Below are positions 29,800 through 38,187 of a stretch of 64,000 bases of DNA, piece after piece. Made by a program: the position numbers and the translations under genes. This DNA is from Candidatus Abyssobacteria bacterium SURF_17 (GTDB lineage: Bacteria; Abyssobacteria; SURF-5): assembly GCA_003598055.1 (NCBI GenBank), contig QZKI01000095.1, forward strand, positions 11,194 to 75,193. The letters run 5' to 3'. The notes under the pieces are model-generated. The model ran no database searches, was not told the DNA's origin, and worked only from the letters and a program-made list of their open reading frames with translations. How positions within the stretch are numbered: the first letter of the stretch is position 1; every line of letters starts with the position of its first letter.

Positions 29800-31083
29800 C
29801 TACATTCGTGGAACGGCAAGCATCGCAATGCATCGGGAATGTCGGCCGAGGATTGCATTAGCCGTAATGTCAGAGACAGGTTGCAGCGAGCGTAGCGAGC
29901 CGCCGACATGAAAAACCCACTTCTCTCTCCCTGTTTCCGCGTCCAGGGCGTACACACGGCCGTCGTTACTGCCAAAGCAGAGCACGCCTCCGGCGATTGC
30001 GGGTGAAGTCTGCACCCAAGCGCCCGTTCTGAATCTCCACCTTTCTTGTCCCGTATCTACGTCAACTGCATAAAGGTTTCCGTCGTTGCTCCCGAAATAG
30101 ACATTTCCGCCCGCTATCGTTGGTGACGAGCGTATCCAGTTGTCGGTCTTAAAACGCCACAGCTCTTCTCCGGTTTCGGCATTCACTGAGTAGAGATTTC
30201 CGTCACGACTGCCGAAACACGCCACGCTGCCGGATACAGCGGGTGAGCCTTCCGCCCATCCCGCCGTCTTGAAACTCCAGCGTACAAGTCCGCTCCTTGC
30301 ATCCACTGCATAGACATAGTTGTCATTGCTTCCGAAACAGACCATTCCATCCGCCGTTACGGGTGAACTGTCAATCCAGCCTCGTGTTATAAATCTCCAT
30401 TGCTCTTCTTGCGTGGAGACATCGATGGCGTAAAGGGTGTTGTCTCGACTGCCGAAGTACACGATGCCGCTTGCCGCAGCAGGAGACGACTCCACCCAGC
30501 CACGGGTTTGGAAACTCCATCGCTCATTTCCCGTCGAGGCGTCAACGGCGTGCAAAGCGTTGTCGCGGGAGCCGAAATATACCACTCTATCAGACACGGC
30601 GGGCGAGGAGTGGACAGCTTCCCTTGTGCTGAAGCTCCAGCGCTCAAGCCCCGTGGCGGCATCTACTGCATAGAGATGTCCGTCATGGCTACCGACGAAA
30701 ACAACACCCTCCGACACCGCAGGAGAGGATTCTATCCAGCCTCTCGTCCTGAAGCCCCATTTCTCACGCCCGGTATCAGCATCGAGCGCGTGCAGACTTC
30801 CATCGTGGCTTCCGAAATATAGTGTGCTATCGGCAATTGCGGGTGAAGACTCAACATCATTCCTCGTTCTCAGCTCGCGGCCAAGTCGGCTGAGGATCTG
30901 GGAGTCCGGTTCGTCGTCAAAGTCCCACGGTCGCTGCAGCTTGCCTTCCACCACCATGGTGGAATCACTATTTTCGGCATCGCTGCAAGAATTGAACACA
31001 AGCATGGCTGCCACAAACGCAGCCAGCAGACTTGGGAGCCTTGCTTTCACTCGATTCATTTCCTTCAAACCTGCTCGGAACAA
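29800..31083 (-). CDS. PQQ-like (BamB-type) beta-propeller repeat protein, probable lipoprotein
   Basis: About eight 40-aa repeats SSPAVxxGxVYFGSxDxxLYAVDAxTGxERWxFxT; signal peptide ending FNSC. Confidence 0.9.
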   Translation of the reverse strand: MFRAGLKEMNRVKARLPSLLAAFVAAMLVFNSCSDAENSDSTMVVEGKLQRPWDFDDEPDSQILSRLGRELRTRNDVESSPAIADSTLYFGSHDGSLHALDADTGREKWGFRTRGWIESSPAVSEGVVFVGSHDGHLYAVDAATGLERWSFSTREAVHSSPAVSDRVVYFGSRDNALHAVDASTGNERWSFQTRGWVESSPAAASGIVYFGSRDNTLYAIDVSTQEEQWRFITRGWIDSSPVTADGMVCFGSNDNYVYAVDARSGLVRWSFKTAGWAEGSPAVSGSVACFGSRDGNLYSVNAETGEELWRFKTDNWIRSSPTIAGGNVYFGSNDGNLYAVDVDTGQERWRFRTGAWVQTSPAIAGGVLCFGSNDGRVYALDAETGREKWVFHVGGSLRSLQPVSDITANAILGRHSRCIAMLAVPRM

Positions 31084-31168
31084 TTCAACAACGATGAGGC
31101 GACTTACTACTCCGCGATTATGACAGTACGCTCACGCAAGAGCAAATGTCAGCAAGCGATCCCCCACT

Positions 31169-31215
31169 GGATTCCCGCCTGCGCGGGAACGACAAAAAAG
31201 AAGTGGGAATGACAC
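31169..31215. repeat. GGATTCCCGC...GCGGGAATGAC-type palindromic repeat
   Basis: GGATTCCCGCCTGCGCGGGAACGAC plus a partial GTGGGAATGAC; second copy near 35172. Confidence 0.65.
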
Positions 31216-31371
31216 AAGGAAGCGAGAATGAGAAGAGGAAACGGACATAATGAAGAAAGCGAGAACAAGGAAAGGAAACAACAATCGCAAGGAAGGAGAT
31301 GATGTGATAATGGAAACAGGCCTACTTTACACTCTTCCTTTTTCCCGTTTCTCCCTTCTATTCCCTTTTCT

Positions 31372-32145
31372 TTATTTCCCTTCTCGTTCCTCCTTCTCCT
31401 TCTTCATGTCGCCGCCGATGAACGGCCTGAACAGGTCAAGCGGAACCGGGAAAATGGTGGTGGAGTTGTTCTCCGAGGCGACCTCTACCAAGGTTTGCAG
31501 GAACCGCATCTGAAGCGCCATCGGATGCACTTCCATCATGGTGGCGGCATCGACCAGTCGCTGTGCGGCCTGGAATTCGCCTTCCGCGTTGATGACTTTT
31601 GCGCGCCGCTCGCGTTCGGCCTCGGCCTGCTTGGCCATCGCCCGCTGCATCTCCTGCGGCAGGTCCACGTGTTTGACCTCGACATTCGATACCTTGATGC
31701 CCCATGGGTCGGTCTGGCGGTCGAGTATGGCCTGCAGTTCATTGTTGATCTTATCGCGGTGGGAGAGGAGTTCGTCGAGTTCGGCCTGGCCGAGCACGCT
31801 TCGGAGCGTCGTTTGTGCCATCTGAGACGTGGCGAAGAGAAAGTTTTCTACCTCGATAACCGATTTTGTCGGCTCCAGCACGCGAAAATATGTCACGGCG
31901 TTCACCTTGACGGATACGTTGTCCCGCGTGATGACGTCCTGCGGCGGCACGTCGAGCGCGATGAGGCGGAGGCTCACGCGCACCATCCGGTCTATCGGCC
32001 AGAAGACCATGATGATCCCCGGACCCTTTGGCTGCGGCAGCACGCGTCCGAGGCGGAACACCACGCCGCGCTCATACTCATTCAGAATGCGAACACAACT
32101 GAGAACGTAGAGAACGACGATCAATACGATGACTGCGACTGGCAT
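31372..32145 (-). CDS. Slipin/stomatin (SPFH domain) protein
   Basis: [20 protein letters not shown] and [13 protein letters not shown] motifs. Confidence 0.95.
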   Translation of the reverse strand: MPVAVIVLIVVLYVLSCVRILNEYERGVVFRLGRVLPQPKGPGIIMVFWPIDRMVRVSLRLIALDVPPQDVITRDNVSVKVNAVTYFRVLEPTKSVIEVENFLFATSQMAQTTLRSVLGQAELDELLSHRDKINNELQAILDRQTDPWGIKVSNVEVKHVDLPQEMQRAMAKQAEAERERRAKVINAEGEFQAAQRLVDAATMMEVHPMALQMRFLQTLVEVASENNSTTIFPVPLDLFRPFIGGDMKKEKEEREGK

Positions 32146-32298
32146 TTTGGTTTCCCCCTTTGGTCTGAGCCTGCCCGTATGTTAGCGCTGCGCCGCGTGA
32201 CTAAGCGTAGCAGTACTCGCCTGAAAAATCCTTCCTCAAAGCAGTTGCCCTATCGAATGCTAAGTAACTTGAGCAGTGCGCGAGCCGCTTCACACATT

Positions 32299-33735
32299 TC
32301 AGCTCTCTGACGCGGTCTCGACCACAACGGTCATCCCGTCCACGGTGACAACCTTGACCCGGGAGCCACGGTTTATCGGATTTGTGCTGCGTGCATTCCA
32401 GATCTCGCCGTGCACGAATACTTTTCCCTCCGGCGCGATGTCCGTTTCCGCCGTGCCGATGAGGCCGACCAGGCCTTCTTCTCCCACCACGCTCTTCCTC
32501 GAGTGCGCGCGGATAATCAATGTGACGAGGAATACGACGATTGCCGCGGTAGAGAACACCACCGGAAAGATAACGGCGTTCGATACTCTCAGAAATTCGT
32601 ATGGTGAGTCAATAAGCATGATCGAGCCGAGCGTCATTGATATCAATCCACCGATGGTGAGCAATCCGTAGCTCGTCACTTTTGCCTCCGCAATGAACAA
32701 GATGATTGCCAGAATAATGAGCAATAACCCTGCATAGTTGACAGGCAACGTCTGAAAGGAATAGAACGCGATAATCAGGCAGATGGCGCCTGCAACGCCG
32801 GGAAAGATGGCGCCGGTGTGAGTTACCTCGAAGAGAAGCCCGAAAAAGCCCAACATCATGAGAATATAGGCGATGTTCGGGTTGGATATCGTTTTCAGTA
32901 TCTTCTGTCGGGCAGTCATTTCGCGATACTCGATGCGCGCGCCCTTGGTCTCTAGAGTTACCATGCCCGTCGGAAGCTCTACTTCTCGACCGTCAATCTT
33001 ATCCAATAGCTCGGGGATGTCCTTACACACGAGGTCAATCACATTTTTCTCGAGCGCTTCGGTCTCGGTGATAGAGAGGCTCTCGGTTACTGCCTTCACC
33101 GCCCACTCCTCGTTGCGTCCGCGCACGCGCGCTATTCCGCGTGTCCACGCGACGGTGTCCTTCAGCACCTTATCGCCCATTGTCGTGCCGGTGGACGGCT
33201 CCTTTTCTTCTTCCGGGGGCTCTTCCTTTGGCTGGTCTTCAGGTCTTTCTTCCTTCGGCTTCTCTTCTTTTTGCCGGCGCTCCATCTGCCGCATCTTCTC
33301 TTCGAGTTCCTTTATCGCCTCTCGCCAGCCCTCGCTCTCGCCGCCAAGTTCAACGGGGTGAGCCGCCCCGATATTTGTGGAGGGGGCCATCGCTGCCACG
33401 TTCGCTGCAAGTGTGATGAACACGCCCGCCGAGCCTGCACGCGCTCCACTGGGCGCTACGTATACGACGACCGGGATATTCGCATTGAGCAATTCCTTTA
33501 CGATTGTCCGCGTTGATGCGAGGAGTCCGCCGGGCGTATCGAGCTGTATGATGAGACATTCAGCCCCTTCTTTGCCCGAGTCGGCGATTGCCTGGGAAAT
33601 ATACTCGGAGGTTACCGGGTTGATGATGTCATCGTCCAGGGTTATTACTCGTACAAAACCATTATCAGCAATGGCGGGAAGGAAAATGAGGAGGACAATC
33701 GCTATGACAACCATGAGGAATGATAATTTTTGCAT
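32299..33735 (-). CDS. nfeD: NfeD-like membrane-bound serine protease (ClpP class)
   Basis: LDTPGG, AGSAG and NIGAAHP motifs; C-terminal OB fold (GEIWNA); adjacent to slipin. Confidence 0.92.
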   Translation of the reverse strand: MQKLSFLMVVIAIVLLIFLPAIADNGFVRVITLDDDIINPVTSEYISQAIADSGKEGAECLIIQLDTPGGLLASTRTIVKELLNANIPVVVYVAPSGARAGSAGVFITLAANVAAMAPSTNIGAAHPVELGGESEGWREAIKELEEKMRQMERRQKEEKPKEERPEDQPKEEPPEEEKEPSTGTTMGDKVLKDTVAWTRGIARVRGRNEEWAVKAVTESLSITETEALEKNVIDLVCKDIPELLDKIDGREVELPTGMVTLETKGARIEYREMTARQKILKTISNPNIAYILMMLGFFGLLFEVTHTGAIFPGVAGAICLIIAFYSFQTLPVNYAGLLLIILAIILFIAEAKVTSYGLLTIGGLISMTLGSIMLIDSPYEFLRVSNAVIFPVVFSTAAIVVFLVTLIIRAHSRKSVVGEEGLVGLIGTAETDIAPEGKVFVHGEIWNARSTNPINRGSRVKVVTVDGMTVVVETASES

Positions 33736-33928
33736 GTATCTGCCCCTTATGCATCCTTGCCGACCCACATTTATTATAATCGAGCCGTTGTTGCTTGTCT
33801 AGATTTGGGGTTAACCTCGTGCTGCTATGGAACCGGGCCGCTCGTACCCAGGAAACGAAAGTTCTCGAATCGAATGAGGTCTCAGGATGCTGATATTATG
33901 GTAATATATAAGGAATTCTGCCAATGCG

Positions 33929-34909
33929 CTAGGCATGGAAGTCCCGTGCAGCGGGGATTCCTCCCGCGCTCTCGGCGCTCATGACTGCGTCCATAATTGC
34001 ATGTGCGACCGCCTGCGCTGCGGCCGAACCTATGGCGGATACCGGGGCGATAAGGTCTGTTTCAGCAGTGCTGAGAGCGAAAACAACATCGCCGTCAACG
34101 GTGGTGTGTGCGGGAGCGACTGTGCGCGCAATCCCATTGTTGGCCATCTGGGCAAGCTTGTTGGTTTCCTCTTTGGTCAAGCGCGCGTTTGTCGCAACAA
34201 GCGCGATGACCGTATTCGTGAAGGCGCACACGGTATCGGAGAGGTCGCCCCGCAGCACCTTCTCCGTATCGGCAAATCCGCTGCCCTGCGGATTCCGCGC
34301 TCCGGCGATAAGCTTTCCCGTCTCGGGGTCGCGAACGTCGCCGAACGCATTCACCGCAACAAGAGCGCCGACCTTAGCCCCATTGTGAAGCGTGACACAC
34401 GCGGTCCCAATGCCTGCCTTCATCGCGTACGCCATCCCGTACACCTTCCCAACCGTAGCCCCTGTGCCTGCGCCAACATTACCGCGTGGGAATTCGCCGT
34501 TCGTCGCATTGCTGCATGCTCGATACCCCATCTCGGCGTCGGGCCGGGCGGTCGGGTCCCCCAGTGCCAGGTCAAACAGGATTGCCGCCGGCACAATAGG
34601 CACACGCGCCACTCTTACGTTGTAACCGCGGCCGTGTTCTTCTAAATAGCGCATGACGCCCGACCCAGCAGCCAACCCGTACGCGCTGCCGCCCGCAATT
34701 ACGATTGCGTGGATATGCTGAATAAGGTGGGTAGGCCGGAGGAGTTCGATCTCGCGCGTGCCGGTGGCGGAGCCGCGCACATCCACGCCGCCGGTCATAG
34801 CAGCGTCGCAGATGACCACGGTGCAGCCCGTCAGGCCGACATTGTCTGTAACATGCCCCACACGCAGCCCGCCGACGTCAGTCAGGAGTCCGGTGAAGTT
34901 GGATCTCAT
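33929..34909 (-). CDS. P1/S58 family peptidase (DmpA-like)
   Basis: TGCTV, GTRE, GGSAYGL, GNVGAGTG, NTVI and DGD motifs. Confidence 0.9.
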   Translation of the reverse strand: MRSNFTGLLTDVGGLRVGHVTDNVGLTGCTVVICDAAMTGGVDVRGSATGTREIELLRPTHLIQHIHAIVIAGGSAYGLAAGSGVMRYLEEHGRGYNVRVARVPIVPAAILFDLALGDPTARPDAEMGYRACSNATNGEFPRGNVGAGTGATVGKVYGMAYAMKAGIGTACVTLHNGAKVGALVAVNAFGDVRDPETGKLIAGARNPQGSGFADTEKVLRGDLSDTVCAFTNTVIALVATNARLTKEETNKLAQMANNGIARTVAPAHTTVDGDVVFALSTAETDLIAPVSAIGSAAAQAVAHAIMDAVMSAESAGGIPAARDFHA

Positions 34910-34984
34910 ATCTGCAGTATCCGGCCACACGCACTCAGACTGCAACTGCTGAAACTCTTGTACGATGTATTGAACAGATTCGAG

Positions 34985-35096
34985 GTAGGATCGAATTCAT
35001 TCGGCCAATTCATTAATGAGATATGCGAATGAATTCGCACCTACTGTAAGTCGAGACCATGTGTGTCTGAAGGGGCGGTTCGCGAATCGTCCCTGC
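34985..35096. repeat. GTAG-type REP pair plus a single REP hairpin
   Basis: GTAGGATCGAATTCATTCGG...GCGAATGAATTCGCACCTAC; AGGGGCGGTTCGCGAATCGTCCCTGC. Confidence 0.7.
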
Positions 35097-35171
35097 ACAC
35101 GCATCATGAATTGTTGAGGCTATACATAACGCCATAAATGATTGTGCATGTTTCGTGCCCGCTATTATTCA

Positions 35172-35198
35172 CGGATTCCCGCTTTCGCGGGAATGACA
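35172..35198. repeat. GGATTCCCGCTTTCGCGGGAATGAC palindromic repeat
   Basis: Same family as the copy at 31169. Confidence 0.7.
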
Positions 35199-35263
35199 AA
35201 TGATTATGCCTCCGCCATATGCCCAAAGATTTATGTCGCTGTGTATAATTCCGTGACGTGCTG

Positions 35264-37150
35264 CTAATTGAGCAGCTCGAATATCTTGACCATGCCTTCT
35301 TTGTTCGGCATCACCTGGAAATGGATGCCGCCGGTGTCTTTGGAAATCTTCTTGAGGATTGGCGGACACTGCTCGCGGCCGATGAAAATGGAGTGAATCG
35401 CCACTCCGGTCTTCTTCGCGAGCTTAAGCTCCGCTTTGACTTCCTTGTCGCCGCTGGTGGGCATGCCGTCGGTCAGGAAAATCACGTGCTGCCGGCCTCC
35501 TCGCACGAGCACAAACTCTTTCAGCGCGTCGTCGAGCGCGTTCTGGTAGTCGGTGAAGCCGGAGCACTGAGTCTCCATGCTCTTGTGCATGAGCGCCTCA
35601 TAATTGCGTGTGAAGAAGCGGCCGTCATCGAGGTATTTGTAAGACTGGTGGTTGAATTCGACGTAGCCGACCGCCATCTTGCTCCGTCGCGCCATCTCGA
35701 CGAGTCCGATAACAACCATGGAGACCCAAAGCGATGACTTGCCGGTCATCGACTGGCTGATGTCGCGTATCACCGCCACCCGGCCACCCCGTTCTTTGCG
35801 GGTGCGCCGGAACACGCGTGGCGTGTTCGGATGCGCGTTTTCCACCCACACCGAGGTTTCTCCCGGATCCGAGTCGAAACAATCCTCGAGCGAACGCATC
35901 GAGCGATATTGCTTCGGCACGCCGCCGGGAGCCTCGCGCTTCGAGGCGATGCTGCGCTGCACTTCACCCTCGATGACCTTCAGGATGACGTCGAGGTCGT
36001 CTATTTTCTCTTTGTTGAGAGGAGAGGACTCGTCCTTGCGCTGTCCTTCCATCTTTATTTTGTCGTAGTGGACTTCCTTGCGGTAGGGCGAAACCTGGTC
36101 GCTCTGCTCGTCGGTGGGTTGGACCTCGGTCTCGGTAGATTCCTCGCCTTCTTCGCTCCGCTCGGAATTCTCCGGTGCTTGGTCCGGCTGGCCTTCCTCG
36201 TTTACATCATCATTTTTTTTTTGCTGGGCCTCTTCGATGAGGTCCTCGACCTTCTCGTGCACCTCCGGAGGCACCCGGAAGGTGGTCATGTACTTCAATA
36301 TGATGAGGTCCTGCGGCTCGACTACCCATCGGTGCTCGAGAACGGCCTTCGATTTGAGCATTTTTACGGCCTTCACGAGGAAAGTGCGGTCGGTGATGAG
36401 TGAGTTGTTATCGTTCAAGTCGAAGCGTGTCATCAGGTCGGAGACGAATCCGAGCAGCATCTCCTTGACGCGTTCCGGCAGCTTCACCTTGAGCAGGATA
36501 TCCCGGTCCTTCTTGAGGCTGTCCGACGAGGCGGGATCGATCACCGTGTTGTCGAAATCGTGGGTCGCGTAGAAGTCAATCACCTGTCGCGCCATATCCC
36601 ATTGATTCTTCTGAATCAGGCCGACGACACGGAGCTGAAGCGTGAACCTGTCGAGGTTCGCAAGGTCGAGCGGCTCGTTGTAATAATCATCGCGCGCGGG
36701 ATTGCCGGTGGCAATCGTGGTCAGGAGCGGTATCCTCTCCTTGCCGAATTTGCGCTCATTGAGTACGCGCAGAAGCACATTCAGCGCCTCGCCGGGCGCA
36801 CGCGAGATGTCGTCGAGCACGCAGATGTCGGCGGTGAGAATGCGGCCCTTCACAATCTCCTGTCGGATAAGCTCGCTCTTATCGTCTCGCTCGCGGTGGA
36901 TGATGTAGTCGCCGACAAGCTCTGACAGGCGGGTGTCGCGATTGAGCTGATAGAAGAAGAACTCGAGGTTCGCCGCCTTGGCGGCAATCTCGGCGAGCAT
37001 CGTCTTTGCCGTGCCCGGCGGGCCTTCTATATACACATGCTCCCGCCCGATGAGACCGAGCAGAATCGCTTCCTTGATATCATCGTGGCCGATGACGTAC
37101 CGGTCCATGGATTCCTTGATATGGCTAAGCGTCTTGTGTAATTCTTCCAT
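35264..37150 (-). CDS. MoxR/RavA-like AAA+ ATPase fused to a C-terminal vWA domain
   Basis: Walker A GPPGTAKT, Walker B VLDD, LDRF; acidic linker; MIDAS DISQS...T...LTDG. Confidence 0.88.
   Translation of the reverse strand: MEELHKTLSHIKESMDRYVIGHDDIKEAILLGLIGREHVYIEGPPGTAKTMLAEIAAKAANLEFFFYQLNRDTRLSELVGDYIIHRERDDKSELIRQEIVKGRILTADICVLDDISRAPGEALNVLLRVLNERKFGKERIPLLTTIATGNPARDDYYNEPLDLANLDRFTLQLRVVGLIQKNQWDMARQVIDFYATHDFDNTVIDPASSDSLKKDRDILLKVKLPERVKEMLLGFVSDLMTRFDLNDNNSLITDRTFLVKAVKMLKSKAVLEHRWVVEPQDLIILKYMTTFRVPPEVHEKVEDLIEEAQQKKNDDVNEEGQPDQAPENSERSEEGEESTETEVQPTDEQSDQVSPYRKEVHYDKIKMEGQRKDESSPLNKEKIDDLDVILKVIEGEVQRSIASKREAPGGVPKQYRSMRSLEDCFDSDPGETSVWVENAHPNTPRVFRRTRKERGGRVAVIRDISQSMTGKSSLWVSMVVIGLVEMARRSKMAVGYVEFNHQSYKYLDDGRFFTRNYEALMHKSMETQCSGFTDYQNALDDALKEFVLVRGGRQHVIFLTDGMPTSGDKEVKAELKLAKKTGVAIHSIFIGREQCPPILKKISKDTGGIHFQVMPNKEGMVKIFELLN
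36202..36222 (-). other. Candidate slippage/frameshift site: A10 followed by out-of-frame stops
   Basis: Coding strand reads CAG CAA AAA AAA AAT GAT GAT GTA AAC; TGA TGA in the -1 frame and TAA in the +1 frame. Confidence 0.55.
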
Positions 37151-37320
37151 TATTTAACCAGACTTTCTGCGTGCTGGAGGGCGTAATTCCAAGTGTAAGC
37201 GCTACCTAATTTTAGCACGCCCCCATGAGAAAATGCAAGCGGTCTCTGCAGCGAGGGTGTGCGACGTGCGCGTGTTTGCCTCACTAAGCGACTCTGTAAG
37301 TCCGCCCGATAAGGTAATAC

Positions 37321-37431
37321 GTAGGGGTCGCTCGCGAGCGACCCTTATATATCTAGTAATGCGCACTAGGTAAGAGTCGGATGCCTCCAGCGAAAAGCCG
37401 GTTATGCGGGCGACCCACCAGGTCGCCCTAC
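37321..37431. repeat. GTAG-type REP pair
   Basis: GTAGGGGTCGCTCGCGAGCGACCC ... GGGCGACCCACCAGGTCGCCCTAC. Confidence 0.75.
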
Positions 37432-37486
37432 AACATGGGTCTGCTTGAGCACCTTTGAACTCGCATGCCCATTCCCGGCCCAAGAC

Positions 37487-37514
37487 TTGACATTCATCGT
37501 TCTACGTGTATATT
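37487..37514 (+). promoter_or_regulatory. Putative sigma70 promoter upstream of the ECF sigma gene
   Basis: TTGACA-N16-TATATT. Confidence 0.45.
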
Positions 37515-37598
37515 ACTTATAACTATACACACTTATTTTAGCTAAACGTTCAATTTGAAGATTTTCTTTCGATTTCCCGGTTCATCGGCGATACTAGG

Positions 37599-38186
37599 GT
37601 GAACAAGATGGCGGATGCATCCAGCGAAGGCACGGACAAGAACGATACGAAAGAAGCACTTGTGACGCGCCAAAGTCAAGATGCCGTCAGCGCGGTTAGT
37701 AGTATGATGCGTGAACATCAAAAAGCCGTCTTTTCCCTTGCTTATGCGAGACTTCGAAATGCTCACGACGCCGAGGACGTGACACAAGACGTGTTCGTAG
37801 AAGCATTTCGTCAAATCCGTAAATTGAAGGATGCGCGGCATGTCCTGCCCTGGTTGTTCCGGGTGACCTCATGCCGCTGCAAAGACCATGTGCGAAAGGT
37901 GATAAGACGCGAGAAACGCGAGGCCGACTTTGCATGGATGCGCTCGCTCAACCCGCTGGATGACCCTACTCTCGAGGAACAGCGCCGGGACGCACTTGTG
38001 AAGGCTGTCGACGGACTGCCCGAGAAATTCCGGGTCGTTGTGATGCTGAAACACTTCGCGCGTCTCTCGTACGACGATATCTCGAAGATGACCGGCCTCT
38101 CAAAGACCACGATTGACGGCCGCCTGCGGACTGCTAAGAAACGATTGCGAAAAACACTCAGTGCGATAGGAGAAGAGGCTGATTGA
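37599..38186 (+). CDS. ECF RNA polymerase sigma factor
   Basis: DAEDVTQDVF, WLFRV and LPEKFRVVV...LSYDDIS...RLRTAKKRLR motifs. Confidence 0.93.
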   Translation: MNKMADASSEGTDKNDTKEALVTRQSQDAVSAVSSMMREHQKAVFSLAYARLRNAHDAEDVTQDVFVEAFRQIRKLKDARHVLPWLFRVTSCRCKDHVRKVIRREKREADFAWMRSLNPLDDPTLEEQRRDALVKAVDGLPEKFRVVVMLKHFARLSYDDISKMTGLSKTTIDGRLRTAKKRLRKTLSAIGEEAD

Positions 38187-38187
38187 A

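Noticed and set aside
29900-30870. Regular ~120-bp repeats, checked as a possible CRISPR array
   Set aside because: They are in-frame coding repeats of a PQQ-type propeller; no identical repeats with unique spacers and no cas genes.
31250-31513. 87-aa ORF
   Set aside because: Low-complexity product of the purine/pyrimidine tracts, overlapping slipin in antisense.
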